Below are positions 31,614 through 41,736 of a stretch of DNA of 64,000 nt, one piece after another (position 1 is the stretch's first letter; each line of letters starts with the position of its first letter). The DNA is from Nitrospirota bacterium (GTDB lineage: Bacteria > Nitrospirota > JACRHJ01). Location of the stretch: contig CAVTDB010000013.1 in NCBI GenBank assembly GCA_963733375.1, forward strand, positions 78,658 to 142,657. Reading direction: 5' to 3'. Under the pieces are notes generated by a model, which made no database searches, had not been told where the DNA came from, and saw only the letters and a program-made list of their open reading frames with translations. The translations under genes were made by a program, and so were the position numbers.

Positions 31614-33094
31614 CTACTGCTTCGATTCCAGTTTATCTATCAGGCGGCCGAACTCGACCTCGAACGCCCCCCGGTTCTTGTTCGTGCTACCCGCCGCCGT
31701 TACCGTTACCTGTCCCTTATCGGACCGGATAACCCGGACCCATACCCGCTTATGGAATATGAAGAAGGCGACGAGTATCCCGAGTACCAGCAGCGTGCAG
31801 CCCAGCCAGACTACAAGGACGCCAGGGTCGTGAGTCGCCTGGAGTCCGGTATAGTAGGGCCCGCCATAGCCCGTTATGCCTAAGATATAAGGCACCTTTC
31901 TCGGCTGGGAATACGGGTCCTGGTTCAGTATCACGGCCTGCTCGATCAAGCTTCCGTCCGGGGCCGTAAAGTTGACGATGGCCACGCCTCTGCCGTTGAA
32001 CTGGTCGCCCTGGGCTATAAGCTGGTGGTTCGGGCCGATCACCACGTCCGGCGACATGTCCGCGAGCGTCATGCTTATGTCGCTGCCCTGAAGAGCCGTC
32101 CTCTCGCCTCTGTGGAGGGTGTAGTCGTGAACATTTGACCCCTGTCCCTTTAGCTGCCACGCGAATGGTCATGGCCGCCTGGCTTGGCGATATGCCGTAG
32201 GAGGACTGGAAGAACCGGATGCCCTTGTATTCGAGCGGGTCGTTAACCCGGATGGTCTTGGTCAAAACTTCCTTGCCGCCGTCGATAACCGTCAGGGTGC
32301 TTAAGTAGTCGGAAGGCATCCCGCTCGGGTAGAGCTTCAGCGTAAACTTGTCGCAGCGGACCTGGAAGGGGAGCGGCATCTCGGGGCCGACCTTCAGAAG
32401 GAGCGGCGGTTGCGTCAGCCCTATTCTATCTGCGAACCCCGCCCTCGTTAATCTGGACCCAGCCCTTGTACCCCCAGAAGGTGCCGATGAGCGCGCCGGC
32501 GAATATGAGGAGGACGCTCAGGTGCGCGATATATACGCCCAGGCGCGAGAACTTCCCCTTCTCGGCGAAATACTGTATTTCCTCGCCGGTCCTGTGCTCG
32601 CTGGGGGAGTATCCCATAGCCTTGACCGCCCCTTTTGCCATCTGCGCCGCGGCGTCGATATCGCCCGCCACCATTATTTCTTTCCGGAGCGCCATGTTCT
32701 TGATGGTGGCGTCGGTCAAGGGCTCCTGCTTCTTCATGACCATCTGGATGACCCTGGGGAGCCTCTCGAGGGTGCAGATAGCAATGTTGGCGGAGAGCGT
32801 CAGGAGCAGGAGGACGAACCACCAGGAGTGGTACATGTGGGTGATGCCCAGGGCGATCATCAGGTTAAGCGCACCCGGAGCCTTCTGTGGGCCGAACAGT
32901 CCAACCATCATGGACATGTTCTTCATGGGGTCGTCCTGAGCGACGACCGTGCCGATGATGGATACCAAGGCAAGGATGATGAGAAGTATTACGGTGAGTT
33001 TAAGCGAACTGAAAAAATTCCATACCGACTTTAAAGGGCCGCCCCCGGCCTTTGGGGCTGGGGTTTTGGTCCCGGCGTCCTTTTGCTCTGCCAA
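31614..33094 (-). CDS. resB: Cytochrome c biogenesis protein ResB (two frameshifts)
   Basis: FFSSLKL...SIIGT..Q, MYHSWWF, G.YIAHLS, I.VNDPL.YKG..FFQSSYG, YTGLQ..HDPGV. Confidence 0.9.
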
Positions 33095-33157
33095 TTTTGC
33101 CCTACCTCTTTTTCTTGGTTTTTAAATTCCCTGAACCGGATGGGTTCAAGCCATGAA

Positions 33158-33187
33158 TTTATAACATTTATGCGGAGTTTGTGTCAA
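33158..33187 (-). promoter_or_regulatory. sigma70 promoter for resB operon
   Basis: TTGACA-18 nt-TATAAA with TG extension. Confidence 0.55.
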
Positions 33188-33206
33188 GATAATAATCCTT
33201 CGGGCC

Positions 33207-33845
33207 TCAGGGTTTAATGCCCGGAAAAACCCGTTTTATTAAATCCTTGGAGAGGGCGCCCTCCCTGATAAGGTAGGGCGGAGAGACGGTCATGTCCAGG
33301 ATGGTGGAAACCGGCGCGCCGTGAGTTGTGCCGCCGTCTAAAACCAGGTCGACCGAGTGGGGAAACGCGGCCGCCACCTCTGTCGCCTCAGTCAGCCCGG
33401 GACTGCCGGAAATATTCGCGGAGGTGGCGGTCACGGGGCCGCCGAAGGTAAGGGCCAGTCTCGACGCGACCTCGTGTTTCGGCACGCGGATCCCGATTTT
33501 GCGGGTCTTCGCCGTAAGCACTTCCGGCAGGTCTTCGGACGCATAAAAAATCAAGGTAACCGGGCCGGGCATCAGCTCTAGGACCGCCTTTTTCGCCTCC
33601 TCGGAAAGAAAGGCGGTAAGCTCTTCAATCAGGCCTACGTCTCCCGCGATAACCGGCAGGGGCTTCCCCGGCCAGCGTTTTTTGGCCGTAAAGACCTCCC
33701 TTACCGCCCGCATGTTCATCGCGTCCGCGCCGATAGCATAGTACGATTCCGTCGGGTATGCCACCAGCCGCCCGGAACGCAGGACCTCCGCGGCTTCCCT
33801 ATACGCCTCGTCTAAATTCTCCTTTGTCAGGTCTATAATCCGCAT
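33207..33845 (-). CDS. tsaC: L-threonylcarbamoyladenylate synthase (Sua5/YrdC)
   Basis: VAYPTES.YAIG, K.R..GKPL, PGPVT, TATSANISG, STILD. Confidence 0.92.
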   Translation of the reverse strand: MRIIDLTKENLDEAYREAAEVLRSGRLVAYPTESYYAIGADAMNMRAVREVFTAKKRWPGKPLPVIAGDVGLIEELTAFLSEEAKKAVLELMPGPVTLIFYASEDLPEVLTAKTRKIGIRVPKHEVASRLALTFGGPVTATSANISGSPGLTEATEVAAAFPHSVDLVLDGGTTHGAPVSTILDMTVSPPYLIREGALSKDLIKRVFPGIKP

Positions 33846-33852
33846 GATACCC

Positions 33853-33948
33853 CTATCTCTTCCGCGCGTTTCCCAGCACTCTGCCGCCGAAGAGGAAAAC
33901 CACGACGAGGAAAAGTATCAGCAAAATTTCCGACGGGGTCACGTCCAT
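33853..33948 (-). CDS. 31-aa TatA-like micropeptide
   Basis: GGGAG RBS; MDVTPSEILLILFLVVVFLFGGRVLGNARKR. Confidence 0.55.
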   Translation of the reverse strand: MDVTPSEILLILFLVVVFLFGGRVLGNARKR

Positions 33949-34072
33949 AAATTTCTCCCAAGTCTCGCGATTAAACGGTTACTCTTATCTGTTGCAAGAA
34001 AAAACGGCTGATGCTAGACTACGACAATTATACTAAAACAAGGCCTGAAAGGCCAGGCGGATTTATTCTACA

Positions 34073-34975
34073 ATGAGCAGAAGAGAAAACGCGCTGAAAC
34101 ATATCAGCAAAAAAGGGCCCGGCCTGGAAATCGGCCCCAGCATGAACCCCATGGCCCCCAAGAAAGACGGCTATAACGTCCACATCCTCGACCACGCAAG
34201 CCGCGAGCAGTTGCTCGATAAGTACAAGAACCACAACGTTAAACTCGAAAAGATAGAAGAGGTTGATTTCGTCTGGCGCGGGGAAGGCTATGCCGAACTG
34301 ACGGGCAGAAAAAATTATTACGAATGGATCATAGCCTCACACTTAATCGAGCACGTGCCGGATTTAATCGGCTTTTTGCAGGACTGCGACGGCGTCCTGA
34401 AGGAGGACGGGGTAATATCGCTCGTCATTCCCGACAAACGTTACTGCTTCGACCGTTTCCGGCCTGTTACCGGGATCTCGAAGATCATCGACAGCCACTT
34501 AGGTAAAAACAAGTCCCATACTCCGGGCACCATTGTGGAACAAATTTTAAACGCGGTATCCAAAGACGGAAAGATCGCCTGGGACCGCAAGAATTACGGG
34601 TCGTATAATCTCAGTAATAAATTAAGTGTCGCGCAAGAGGCGTTACGGTCCAAGGCTGCCGGGTACAGGGACCGTCATGCCTGGGTCTTCGTCCCCCACT
34701 CCTTCAGGCTTATAATCCACGACCTCTTTTGTCTCGGGCTTATTCCGTTTCAGGAAGTGGGCTTCTCGCCTACCGAAGGCTGTGAATTCTATATGACATT
34801 GGGCCGGAGGGGCAAGGGGATTGACAAATCGCGGCTGGAAATGCTGCGGATTATAGAATCAGAATGCAGCGTGAGCGAGTATCCGGCGGCGGTTTATAAG
34901 GCACTGAAAATGATCGACCGCCTGGCAAAACCAATCTATAAAGCAAAACGCTATATTAAAAAGCACTACGCCTGA
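34073..34975 (+). CDS. SAM-dependent methyltransferase
   Basis: GLEIGP, IIASHLIEHVPD, LVIPDKRYCFD. Confidence 0.85.
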   Translation: MSRRENALKHISKKGPGLEIGPSMNPMAPKKDGYNVHILDHASREQLLDKYKNHNVKLEKIEEVDFVWRGEGYAELTGRKNYYEWIIASHLIEHVPDLIGFLQDCDGVLKEDGVISLVIPDKRYCFDRFRPVTGISKIIDSHLGKNKSHTPGTIVEQILNAVSKDGKIAWDRKNYGSYNLSNKLSVAQEALRSKAAGYRDRHAWVFVPHSFRLIIHDLFCLGLIPFQEVGFSPTEGCEFYMTLGRRGKGIDKSRLEMLRIIESECSVSEYPAAVYKALKMIDRLAKPIYKAKRYIKKHYA

Positions 34976-34979
34976 CCTG

Positions 34980-35651
34980 CTATTCGCCCGCCTCCTTAAA
35001 CCCTTTTTCTCTTAGCAGACAGCTATCGCACTTCCCGCAGGGAGCGCCGTCGGGCGCGGGGTCGTAGCAGGAATGGGTCATCTCAAAATCCACCCCGAGT
35101 TTGCGCCCCAGCTTCACTATCTCCGCCTTCGTCATTTTAATGAGCGGGGCGTGGATCTTGAATTTTTCTCCCTCCACCCCGGCCTTCGTGCCCAGGTTTG
35201 CAGTCCTTTCGAATGCGCGTATGAACTCAGGGCGGCAGTCCGGATATCCGGAGTAGTCAAGCGCGTTCACGCCTATGAAGATGTCGCGTGCGCCCGCAGC
35301 TTCAGCCAGCGCAAGCGCGAGCGAGAGGAACACGGTGTTCCTCGCCGGGACGTATGTGGCGGGTATGCCTTCTCCGATTTTTTTTGCGGAGCGTCCCTTT
35401 GGAACGGGCATGTCGGACGTTAGCGCGGAACCGCCGAACTTCCGGAGGTCGATTTTTATCACCAGGTGCCGGATAGCGCCCAGCGCTTTAGCGACTTTCT
35501 TCGCGGCCTTTATCTCAACCTTGTGCCGCTGCCCGTAGTCGAACGTGATGGCTTGGCACTCATAGCCTTTTGATACGGCGTACGCGAGCGTCGTCGCGGA
35601 GTCCAGGCCGCCGGAGAGAAGAACGATGGCTTTTTTTATTTCAGAAAGCAT
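34980..35651 (-). CDS. queC: 7-cyano-7-deazaguanine synthase
   Basis: [37 protein letters not shown]. Confidence 0.96.
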   Translation of the reverse strand: MLSEIKKAIVLLSGGLDSATTLAYAVSKGYECQAITFDYGQRHKVEIKAAKKVAKALGAIRHLVIKIDLRKFGGSALTSDMPVPKGRSAKKIGEGIPATYVPARNTVFLSLALALAEAAGARDIFIGVNALDYSGYPDCRPEFIRAFERTANLGTKAGVEGEKFKIHAPLIKMTKAEIVKLGRKLGVDFEMTHSCYDPAPDGAPCGKCDSCLLREKGFKEAGE

Positions 35652-36051
35652 ATTTAAATTTAAAAATTGTAGAAAAGTACCAATACAAAAAGTGAACCTG
35701 CCATACAAATAAACCGACTAATGGAATTAAAAATAGCCTCTTTTTTCTTTTTATGGCAAACCATATGAAAAAACCAATTAATCCATAAAGTAAACAATTT
35801 ATCATTATTAGTAAAATTACTATTGCTATATAAAGTGGATCAAACTTTGAAAGTGAAACAAGTAAACCTGTTGGCCAGAAAATAATTTGAATAGAAATCA
35901 CCAAGAAGCCAATGGCTACATTGATTGTTCTGTGATTATATGTAAATGGAAGAGTAACAGGGGGGAATAAATTTATAGTATATGTAACGAACAGAAAAAA
36001 TATGGGTATTAAAAATCCCGCTAGCATAAATTTCAGAACAAATTTCTTCAT
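35641..36051 (-). CDS. AT-rich integral membrane protein
   Basis: Very hydrophobic 136 aa, markedly low GC, overlaps queC start. Confidence 0.6.
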   Translation of the reverse strand: MKKFVLKFMLAGFLIPIFFLFVTYTINLFPPVTLPFTYNHRTINVAIGFLVISIQIIFWPTGLLVSLSKFDPLYIAIVILLIMINCLLYGLIGFFIWFAIKRKKRLFLIPLVGLFVWQVHFLYWYFSTIFKFKYAF

Positions 36052-36098
36052 GTTATTTGTCCCGGCATAAAACAGCCCGATAAATCGGGCAGCTACAG

Positions 36099-36329
36099 CT
36101 AAATCTCCTTTAACAACTCAAAATATTCATCCCGCGAAATTCCCGCCGTCCGCAGGTTGTTCTTTATGATGAATACCGGCACTTCAGGCCAATCCGGGAT
36201 TACAACCGGCCTGTGGGTTCCCGGCTTTGTGAAAACGAAATGGTCGCCCTCAGTTCTGACGCAGGTGAACCCCGCCTTCTCAAAAATCTTCTTCAGCTTA
36301 CCTGCGGGAAGAGGGTAGATTTTGGGCAT
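36099..36329 (-). CDS. hicA: HicA family toxin
   Basis: KAGF...RTEGDH...PVVIP....LRTAGIS. Confidence 0.85.
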   Translation of the reverse strand: MPKIYPLPAGKLKKIFEKAGFTCVRTEGDHFVFTKPGTHRPVVIPDWPEVPVFIIKNNLRTAGISRDEYFELLKEI

Positions 36330-36593
36330 TCATTTTGTGGACGCGAGTTCTGTAGCGACAAGCCTGGGAGCAGTCCAATTGCCGTCTTTTTTGTGGTATC
36401 CGCATTCTTCGAGGATGTCTTCGAGGGTACCTATCTTTTCCGATTCCTCAAGGAAAAGTCGCACGGCTGTCCTCAGCATCCCCCTTGCCTGCTCAATACT
36501 GCTCCCGCAGCTTGAGAGGTCGAGTTCGGGGCAGTAGGAGATGAAATTATCGCCTTCTTTGAAGATCAGTATGTCGTAATCTATTGCAAGCAT
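36330..36593 (-). CDS. hicB: HicB family antitoxin (short, upstream of toxin)
   Basis: KEGDNFISYCPELDLSSCGSSIEQA..ML.TAV.LFLE. Confidence 0.85.
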   Translation of the reverse strand: MLAIDYDILIFKEGDNFISYCPELDLSSCGSSIEQARGMLRTAVRLFLEESEKIGTLEDILEECGYHKKDGNWTAPRLVATELASTK

Positions 36594-36633
36594 AGTTAAA
36601 TTATATGGAAAGAAGAGACAAATTGCAATTGGA

Positions 36634-38145
36634 TTATTCCGCCTTCCCCGCTTCTGGCGGCTTCGGATGCCTTCTGCGCCTACCGGGCTTCTTTGCCGCA
36701 TCGCCGGGCTGGTCCTGAGCCGTGCCTGGATTGCCGGGGGTTTGCGTAAGCGGCTTTGCCGCAACCTTTGGCGGTTCACCCGCTGGTCTATCGGACGGCC
36801 CTCGGGATGGCCTGGCGCCTGATCTCTCTGGCGGTCTGCCGCCGGATCTCTCAGGAGGTCTGCCGCCGGGGCCGCCGCTTCTCGCGCCACCCCTGCCCCC
36901 TCTGCCGCCGCGTCTCGCCTCCAGCTCCGCGCGCTCTTCGCGCCTGACCCGGTCGCGCTCCTCCGAGGCCTTTTTCTCCTCCGGCGTGCGTCTCTTCTCC
37001 TTCGCGAACATATCTTCGTCCGGCCATGCGACCGGTATCTTCATCCCGATATATTTCTCTATCGGCTCAAGTCCGAATACGTACTGCTCGTCCGCGAAAG
37101 AGTATGCCTTGCCCGTCGCGCCAGCACGGGCGGTGCGGCCTATCCTGTGGACGTAGTCTTCCGGGTCCTGCGGGAGGTCGTAGTTGAATACGTGCGTGAC
37201 GCCCTCGACGTGCAGGCCGCGCGATGCAACGTCCGTGCCGATGAGTATCGGGAGGTCGCCGGCCTTGAACTCGTTCAATATCCTGAGCCTCTTATTCTGC
37301 GGGATGTCGCCGGAGATCATGTTCGCGGGATAGCCGTTACGGTTCAGGCGCTCGACCAGCTTCTCCGCCTCGCGCTTCGTGTTCACGAACATCATGCTCC
37401 GCTCCGGGTTTTCCTTCTTCAGGAGTCCCAGGAGCAGGCTGAATTTTTCCTGCCGCCCGACATGGAAAAGAGACTGTTCCACCTTCTCTACCGTGACCTG
37501 CTCCGGGCTTATCTCTATCTTCACCGGGTTATTCATGTGCTCGTAAGCGAGTTCCATGACCCGGAAGCTGAGCGTCGCGGAGAAGAGCATCGCCTGACGT
37601 TTGTCGAACGGGGGCATCCGCCGCAGCATATAGCGAATATCGGCGATGAAGCCCATGTCGAACATCCGGTCGGCTTCGTCGACCACAGCGATTTCGATAT
37701 ATTTAAGCGAGAGCGCCTTCTGTTTGAAGTAATCTATCAGCCTGCCCGGCGTACCCACCAGAAAATCTACCCCTTTGTCCAGGTCGTCTTTCTGCTTCTG
37801 GTAGTCCACACCGCCATAGACGGCGAGCATCTTGAGCCCGGTATGCGCGCCAAGCGTCTTCGCGTCCTCCAGGATCTGGACCGCGAGCTCGCGAGTCGGC
37901 GCGATTACCAGCGCTCTTGGAGCGCGGCCTTCGGCTATCTCTCCGGTAATGGGTTTCAGGCGGTTGAATATGGTGATAAGAAATGCGGCGGTCTTGCCGG
38001 TGCCGGTCTGTGCCTGCACGGCGGCGTCCTTTCCGGCAAGCGTTACCGGGAGGGCGGCTTCCTGCACCGGGGTCAGGTATTTAAACCCTGCTTCCCGGAT
38101 GCCTTCAAGCAGGTTATTGTCGAGGTTCAGTTGGTCGAATTCCAT
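36634..38145 (-). CDS. rhlB: DEAD-box RNA helicase (RhlB-like)
   Basis: AQTGTGKT, PTRELA, DEADRMFD, SAT, HRIGRTARAG; RGG/low-complexity tail. Confidence 0.88.
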   Translation of the reverse strand: MEFDQLNLDNNLLEGIREAGFKYLTPVQEAALPVTLAGKDAAVQAQTGTGKTAAFLITIFNRLKPITGEIAEGRAPRALVIAPTRELAVQILEDAKTLGAHTGLKMLAVYGGVDYQKQKDDLDKGVDFLVGTPGRLIDYFKQKALSLKYIEIAVVDEADRMFDMGFIADIRYMLRRMPPFDKRQAMLFSATLSFRVMELAYEHMNNPVKIEISPEQVTVEKVEQSLFHVGRQEKFSLLLGLLKKENPERSMMFVNTKREAEKLVERLNRNGYPANMISGDIPQNKRLRILNEFKAGDLPILIGTDVASRGLHVEGVTHVFNYDLPQDPEDYVHRIGRTARAGATGKAYSFADEQYVFGLEPIEKYIGMKIPVAWPDEDMFAKEKRRTPEEKKASEERDRVRREERAELEARRGGRGGRGGARSGGPGGRPPERSGGRPPERSGARPSRGPSDRPAGEPPKVAAKPLTQTPGNPGTAQDQPGDAAKKPGRRRRHPKPPEAGKAE

Positions 38146-38325
38146 ATGCGATAGACATTTTACACTAATGGCGGATTATTGCAAGTGCCATATGATATTG
38201 AACTTGCTTGTCATTCCGAAGACTTCTACGCAAAGGACAGGTTCCGGCGTCAATATATCGCCTTATTCCCATTTGAAAAGGTTTTACATTCGTGGTATTT
38301 TAAAGTAAACCATCAGGAGGGCCCT

Positions 38326-38658
38326 ATGAGAATAGCGGTTTCCACCTTTGACGGCAGGACGGTATGCGGGGAGCTCGGAAAATGCAACCGTTTCATGATC
38401 TTCGATGCGGACAACCACGGAATTTTAAGGCGCGGTCTCAGGTTCTTCCCCGGACCTGCCCGCCAGAACCTCCTGGAGGACTGCCAGGCAGTGATAACCC
38501 AGGGCATGGGAAGGGGGATGTACGACGGCCTGATGTCCGCCGGCATCATCCCAGTGCTGACCCTCGAGGAGGACCCGGAGGCGGCGGTGCTTCAGTTCCT
38601 GTCCGGGGGCGTTTTAGAGAGCGTTCAGGAGAACTGGTACTCCAGGGAAGACAATTAA
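38326..38658 (+). CDS. NifB/NifX (FeMo-co binding) family protein
   Basis: MRIAVST.DG.TV...G.C..F.I, L.DCQAVI..GMG. Confidence 0.75.
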   Translation: MRIAVSTFDGRTVCGELGKCNRFMIFDADNHGILRRGLRFFPGPARQNLLEDCQAVITQGMGRGMYDGLMSAGIIPVLTLEEDPEAAVLQFLSGGVLESVQENWYSREDN

Positions 38659-38667
38659 AAGAGTCCC

Positions 38668-39321
38668 ATGAAAGACGACGAGCTTCCAAAGGCAATCTCT
38701 CTCATTAAAAAAGCCGTAGCCAAGTGGAAGACCCCGGCGGTTACGGAAATAGCAAAAGATAAAAATCCGTACCGGGTGCTGGTATCCTGCATCTTAAGCC
38801 TTCGGACGCTGGACAGGACGACGGCGGAGGCGTCGGCAAAATTATTCAAGCTCGCCGACTCGCCTGGCGAGATGTCCGGCCTGCCGGAGGAAGAGATTGA
38901 GCGCGCGATTTATCCCGTCGGCTTCTACCGTACCAAGGCGAAGGTAATCAAAGAGATAAGCGCCCGGCTGCAGGGGGAATACGGGGGGCGCGTGCCGGAT
39001 TCCATCGAGGAACTGCTAAAGCTTCCGGGAGTTGGCCGGAAGACGGCGAACTTAGTTGCGACGATGGGCTACGGCCTGCCCGGGATCTGCGTGGACACCC
39101 ACGTCCACCGCATCACCAACCGCTGGGGATACGTCAAAACAAAAACGCCAGACGAAACCGAAACGGCCCTCCGGGCCAGGCTGCCTAAAAAATACTGGAT
39201 AGAGATAAACGACCTCCTGGTGACCTTCGGGCAGAACCAGTGCAGGCCCATCTCTCCGATATGCTCCACATGTCCGGTGTCGAAATTCTGCGACCGGGTG
39301 GGGGTAACGGTATCGCGCTGA
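38668..39321 (+). CDS. nth: Endonuclease III
   Basis: Hh[20 protein letters not shown]-x6-C-x2-C-x5-C cluster. Confidence 0.95.
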   Translation: MKDDELPKAISLIKKAVAKWKTPAVTEIAKDKNPYRVLVSCILSLRTLDRTTAEASAKLFKLADSPGEMSGLPEEEIERAIYPVGFYRTKAKVIKEISARLQGEYGGRVPDSIEELLKLPGVGRKTANLVATMGYGLPGICVDTHVHRITNRWGYVKTKTPDETETALRARLPKKYWIEINDLLVTFGQNQCRPISPICSTCPVSKFCDRVGVTVSR

Positions 39322-39642
39322 CTATATTTCCAGGGATATGGAATCGTCGGAGCTTTCAGAGTATTTCGGCGTTTCAGGCTTGTGATGCGGGAAAAGGGAA
39401 ACCCTGGCCATGGACTCCCGGACGGCCATCTCTATTAAAATCCAGGGAGAGCCAAGCTCTTCGGAGCGGCCAGGGCCGTCCGTCTTGACGAAGTAGTGCG
39501 GGGGCAGGGTGTTCAGGGCGAGAGCCGCGACGTCCAGCCTGCACTGCTTGCAAGGGCAGAACCTTTCCGTCTCCGACAGGACCTTGTCGATGAAGTAAAG
39601 GACCTTGTCGTAGTTTGCGTTCTCAATCCTGGCGCCGCTCAT
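39322..39642 (-). CDS. ComFB family protein
   Basis: C.C..C.LDVAALALN.LPP.Y...PHH. Confidence 0.82.
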   Translation of the reverse strand: MSGARIENANYDKVLYFIDKVLSETERFCPCKQCRLDVAALALNTLPPHYFVKTDGPGRSEELGSPWILIEMAVRESMARVSLFPHHKPETPKYSESSDDSISLEI

Positions 39643-39964
39643 GCGTTCATCTCAGGCTTCCCCGTATAGCGGTTATAAAAACTCGCATCGTGCTTTATAA
39701 ATCTCTGTAGTTACAATTCAATTAAGTAAGCAAAATTCATACCATAATTCAAGCGCGGCTGAAACAGGCGTAACGGCCTGAATTTAAAAGGCTTACGAAA
39801 AGTTACGCCGCAACCGGCGAATAACCGATGAGTGAAAATACTCACATCAACCATCAAAAAAGAAAGCTTTTCCTCAGGGTATTTATAAATAGCCATGCGG
39901 GGGGCGGTATGATAAAATCTATTGCTGACGATAGTTTCCGCCTTTAGCGCTAAAGTGGAGGGAT

Positions 39965-40708
39965 ATGGATAAGCCAGAGAAAAAGAAGGCGCTGGACGAG
40001 CTTGCGGGGTTCATGGAGCGCGCATACGGAGAAAACCTTATTGCGCTCTATGAGTTCGGCGAAAGCGCGTGCGTGGACTGGGAGGGGAACGGACTGAAAA
40101 TCCTTGCCGTGCTGGCGACACTGGGGACGAAGGAACTCAGGGTCATCTCGGAGGACCGGCGCAAATGGGAAAAAAACGGACTGCCCGCGCCGCTCATGCT
40201 GACGAAAGAGACCGTCCTCACCTCTGCGGACGTGTTCCCTATGGAGTTCCTGGAGATGAAGGAGGCAAATCAATTCATCTGCGGGAGCGAGGACGTGCTG
40301 TCTGGTCTTGAAGTGCCGCTTTCCAACCTGCGCCGCCAGCTGGAGGAGCAGGCGAAAGGAAAGCTCATACACCTGCGGCAGTCCTATATCGAGGCCGCCG
40401 GGGACAAGAAGAAACTCGGGCACCTTATCGCCGTCTCAATAGAGCCGTTCACCGAGGTGATGCGGAACGCGCTCCGGCTTTACGGCAAGCCCGCGCCCGT
40501 GGCAAAGGAAGAGATTATAGGCCGGTTTTGCGCCGAGTCCGGGATAGACCCGGTGCCGTTCAACCAGGCCCTGGAGCTCCGGCGGCAGGGAGTGGGGGGT
40601 TTAAAGGGGCCGGTGAAGACAGACCTGGACGGCCTCGAAGCACTGTTTTCCAGCTACCTTGAAGAGATAGTCAAAATCGCGGAAAAAATTGACAAGAACT
40701 TCAGTTAA
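39965..40708 (+). CDS. Nucleotidyltransferase-fold protein of LemA/TPM clusters
   Basis: YGENL.ALY.FG.SA, SADVFPMEF, LRRQLE...KGKLI.LRQ. Confidence 0.65.
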   Translation: MDKPEKKKALDELAGFMERAYGENLIALYEFGESACVDWEGNGLKILAVLATLGTKELRVISEDRRKWEKNGLPAPLMLTKETVLTSADVFPMEFLEMKEANQFICGSEDVLSGLEVPLSNLRRQLEEQAKGKLIHLRQSYIEAAGDKKKLGHLIAVSIEPFTEVMRNALRLYGKPAPVAKEEIIGRFCAESGIDPVPFNQALELRRQGVGGLKGPVKTDLDGLEALFSSYLEEIVKIAEKIDKNFS

Positions 40709-40718
40709 GTATAGATTG

Positions 40719-40834
40719 TAAAGTCGTTACTTTTCTTTTGGGTAAAAGAAAAGTAACACAAAAGAAAACCGGACTTAAAAACAAACTTACAAGTTTTTGG
40801 CGTTACCTTTTTACCAAAAAGGTAACAGGCTTAA
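40719..40834. repeat. AT-rich inverted doublet (type1+type2)
   Basis: TAAAGTCGTTACTTTTCTTTT-gggt-AAAAGAAAAGTAAC-ac-AAAAGAAAA ... GTTTTTGGC-GTTACCTTTTT-acc-AAAAAGGTAAC. Confidence 0.92.
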
Positions 40835-40842
40835 AGGTCTCT

Positions 40843-41601
40843 ATGCTCAAAGTATTTAAATACCTCCTGTTCCTGCTTCTGATTTTCGCGCCGCTTGCGG
40901 CGAACGCGGCCTATGGCGAGCTTCCGAAGCCCAGGGGATTCGTAAACGATTTCGCGGGGGTGCTCTCCCCGGAGCAGGCAAGCTCTATGGAGGAGTCTCT
41001 GCGGGCGCTTAACCAGCGCACTACCGCCGAAATCGCGGTCGTTACCGTCCCGGACATGGACGGCTATGCCGGGCCCGAGGAGTACGCAAACGACCTTTTC
41101 GCCGCATGGAAGATCGGCAAGAAGGGCCAGGACAACGGCGTCCTGGTGTTGCTTGCCATGAAGGAGAAGAAGGTCCGGATAGAGGTCGGCTACGGGCTTG
41201 AGGGCGCGATAACCGACGGCGCCTCCGGCATGATAATCCGGCAGGTGATGGCGCCGTACTTCCAGCAGGGCCGCTTCGGAGACGGGCTCTCCGCGGGCGT
41301 CCAGGCGCTGGCATCCAGAATACCTCCAGAGGGCGTTAAAAAAGCTTCTAAGGGCGGTACAAAAAACTATTCCGGCTTCCTGTTCCTTGCGTTTCTCGCG
41401 TTCTTAGTCATCCAGTTCGTCCTGCCCGGCGGAGGCTTATGGGGCCGCAGGCGCGGCGGCATCGGCGGCCCGTTCATCGGCGGCGGCTTTGGAGGCTTTG
41501 GGGGCGGGTTCGGAGGCGGCGGGGGTGGCGGCTTCGGAGGAGGCTTCGGAGGATTCGGCGGTGGCGGCTCCGGCGGCGGCGGGGCGAGCGGGGGCTGGTA
41601 A
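40843..41601 (+). CDS. TPM domain protein
   Basis: VNDFAGVL, W.IG.KG.DNGVL, RIEVGYGLEG..TD, Gly-rich tail GGGGASGGW. Confidence 0.92.
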   Translation: MLKVFKYLLFLLLIFAPLAANAAYGELPKPRGFVNDFAGVLSPEQASSMEESLRALNQRTTAEIAVVTVPDMDGYAGPEEYANDLFAAWKIGKKGQDNGVLVLLAMKEKKVRIEVGYGLEGAITDGASGMIIRQVMAPYFQQGRFGDGLSAGVQALASRIPPEGVKKASKGGTKNYSGFLFLAFLAFLVIQFVLPGGGLWGRRRGGIGGPFIGGGFGGFGGGFGGGGGGGFGGGFGGFGGGGSGGGGASGGW

Positions 41602-41736
41602 CATAGGAAACCCTGGAATCGTGAAAAAAAATAATTCTACCGATACTGACGAATAATGTATTCAAAAATAAATAAGCCGTTAATTTGGTTTGAAACAGTA
41701 ACTGCCAGTCTTTAAACGCAACGAAAGGAAAATGAT

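Noticed and set aside
36790-36920. 24-nt tandem repeats (GGRPPERS) in the helicase tail
   Set aside because: Typical low-complexity RGG tail of DEAD-box helicases
41450-41601. GGC-rich run
   Set aside because: Canonical Gly-rich tail of TPM-domain proteins
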